32,000 nucleotides of DNA, taken from contig NC_000918.1 in assembly GCF_000008625.1 (NCBI RefSeq), forward strand, positions 630,001 to 662,000, written 5' to 3'. Made by a program: the position numbers and the translations under genes. Origin of the DNA: Aquifex aeolicus VF5. GTDB lineage: Bacteria > Aquificota > Aquificia > Aquificales > Aquificaceae. The first letter of the stretch is position 1. The number at the start of each line of letters is the position of its first letter. The notes beneath the pieces are model-generated. The model had not been told where the DNA came from, made no database searches, and was given only the letters and a program-made list of their open reading frames with translations. Shown one piece after another: positions 30,510 through 32,000 of the stretch.

Positions 30510-32000
30510 TTAAACTACCCTTATCTCCATCTCCTCGTCTCCGTACAGGTGTACTGCACAGGCAAGACATGGATCAAAACTGTGGATTGTTCTGAGAATC
30601 TCAACAGGTTCCTTGGGATTGTGCAGACTGTGCCCTACTAAGGAAGCCTCGTAAGCCGATGGATTTCCCTTTGCGTCTCTCGGAGAGGCGTTCCAAGTCG
30701 TGGGGACTACGGCCTGGTAATTTTCGAGTTTTCCGTCTTTTATGTGTACCCAGTGGGATAGAGAACCTCTAGGAGCTTCCATAAAGCCTACTCCTTTTGT
30801 TTCCTTTGGCCACGTTGAGGGTTCCCACTTCTCAGGATTAAAGACGTCGTAATTTCCCTTTTTGACGTTTTCCATGAGTTCCGAAAACCAGTTCTTCATG
30901 CTAAAGGAGTAAAGTTTTGTCTCGAGCGCTCTCGCGAAAGTTCTTCCCATAGTTGAAAACATTCCTTCGAAGGGTACGTCCATTTCCTTTAAGTGTTTTT
31001 CAACTTCCTCCCTTATACCGTACATATCCCTTGCATACAGAGCGAGAATTCTGGAAAGAGGTCCTACTTCAACCGAGTAGTCCTTGTAACGGGGAGCTTT
31101 TAACCAAGAGTACTTTCCTTCGACGTTGAGGTATTCATAAGGGGGTTTGGGACCCGTGTAGTTCAAATTAGTCTCACCTTCCCAAGGGTGTAAGGGTTTG
31201 TCGTCACCCACGGAGTATTTGTACCAGCTGTGAGTGACGTACTCTTTTACCTCATTTATGTTCACTTCTTCAAAATCCTTTAGGTTTCTGCCTTTTATGA
31301 AAGTAGGTGGTATGAACCACTTTCCTTCTCTCCAGGAGTCCTTTTCCGGTTCTCCGAGCACTAAGAAGTTTCCGAGCCCTTCCCCTTTAAAGAACCAGTC
31401 CTTGTAGTATTTCCCTAGAACTTTAATGTCAGGCAGGTAAACCTTCACGGTAAAGTCGTACATCTCGTCTATAAGGGTTTTTATTCTTCCGAGTTTTTCC
31501 ATGTTTATGGCCGTATCACTTTCCGGATTTATTGGAGCTGCCATACCTCCTACGGCAAAGTTCGGGTGTGGATTCTTTCCTCCTATTATCGTGTGAACTT
31601 GAACTATCCTAGTTTGCCAGTCAAGTGCGTCAAGGTAATGGGCTATGAGCATGAGGTTAAGTTCAGGCGGAAGTTTGTACTCGGGATGATTCCAGTATCC
31701 TTTGTTAAATATCCCCAGCTGTCCCCTCTCTACCTGCTGTTTTATCTTTTTCTGAACTTCCCTGAAATATCCAGGTGTGGATTTTTCGTAATTAGACAAG
31801 GATTGGGCAAGCCTTGAAGTCTCATAAGGATCTGCTTTTAGAGCTTGTACGGGATTTACCCAGTCGAGGAGGTGAAGGTGGTAAAAGTGAACTACGTGAT
31901 CGTGAACGAATATAGTACCTATTATTAACTTCCTAAGGAGGGAAGCGTTTACGGGGACGTTTATGGAAAGTGCGTCTTCCACTGCCCTGACTGAGGCTAT
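30510..32000 (-). CDS. [NiFe]-hydrogenase large subunit (partial; the N-terminus lies beyond the window)
   Basis: C-terminal Ni-ligand motif DPCLACAVH followed by a 12-aa tail, and GGKNPHPNFAVGG. The frame stays open to position 32000 (IASVRAVEDAL...). Confidence 0.9.
   Translation of the reverse strand: MASVRAVEDALSINVPVNASLLRKLIIGTIFVHDHVVHFYHLHLLDWVNPVQALKADPYETSRLAQSLSNYEKSTPGYFREVQKKIKQQVERGQLGIFNKGYWNHPEYKLPPELNLMLIAHYLDALDWQTRIVQVHTIIGGKNPHPNFAVGGMAAPINPESDTAINMEKLGRIKTLIDEMYDFTVKVYLPDIKVLGKYYKDWFFKGEGLGNFLVLGEPEKDSWREGKWFIPPTFIKGRNLKDFEEVNINEVKEYVTHSWYKYSVGDDKPLHPWEGETNLNYTGPKPPYEYLNVEGKYSWLKAPRYKDYSVEVGPLSRILALYARDMYGIREEVEKHLKEMDVPFEGMFSTMGRTFARALETKLYSFSMKNWFSELMENVKKGNYDVFNPEKWEPSTWPKETKGVGFMEAPRGSLSHWVHIKDGKLENYQAVVPTTWNASPRDAKGNPSAYEASLVGHSLHNPKEPVEILRTIHSFDPCLACAVHLYGDEEMEIRVV

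Overview
This is a gene-dense bacterial chromosomal segment, roughly 90% coding on both strands. The proteins are K/E/I/V-rich in the hyperthermophile style, and many neighbouring genes share ATGA or TGATG start/stop overlaps. The gene content and a CRISPR repeat of the form GTTCCTAATGTACC...GTTGAAAC suggest Aquifex aeolicus or a close Aquificae relative. That identification is from memory and could not be verified here.

I call about 40 CDS. Most are housekeeping genes scattered without classical operon partners: ispE, dapB, ftsY, argS, rph, queF, purS, ftsH, leuC, glyQ, rnc, hemH, pheA, rplT, pheS, lepB, ispF, pgsA, nadE and a [NiFe]-hydrogenase large subunit that runs off the window edge. 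There is also one tRNA-Ser(GCU).

The clearest non-housekeeping signal is CRISPR-related:
- A decayed cas6 (19050-19794).
- A ~236-nt leader followed by a single variant repeat and no spacers (19832-20096).
- A second copy of the same leader 4,024 bp downstream, identical at 238 of 239 positions, driving a two-spacer mini-array (23856-24256).
- Six housekeeping genes lie between the two leader copies.

Other candidates for uncharacterised modules:
- A divergent H-protein with a CxxC tail, translationally coupled to a CPTC thioredoxin-fold protein and sitting next to a cupin.
- A hemerythrin and polytopic membrane protein pair, near an orphan ORF and a 2Fe-2S ferredoxin.
- An orphan tandem SagB/nitroreductase protein.
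- A PP2C phosphatase ATGA-coupled to an unknown acidic protein.

Three apparent frame problems (cas6, pgsA, and a TM-peptide/coiled-coil ORF) may be real lesions or sequencing errors.

All family assignments come from motif recognition by eye. No searches were run, and I cannot claim that any of these is truly a new system.
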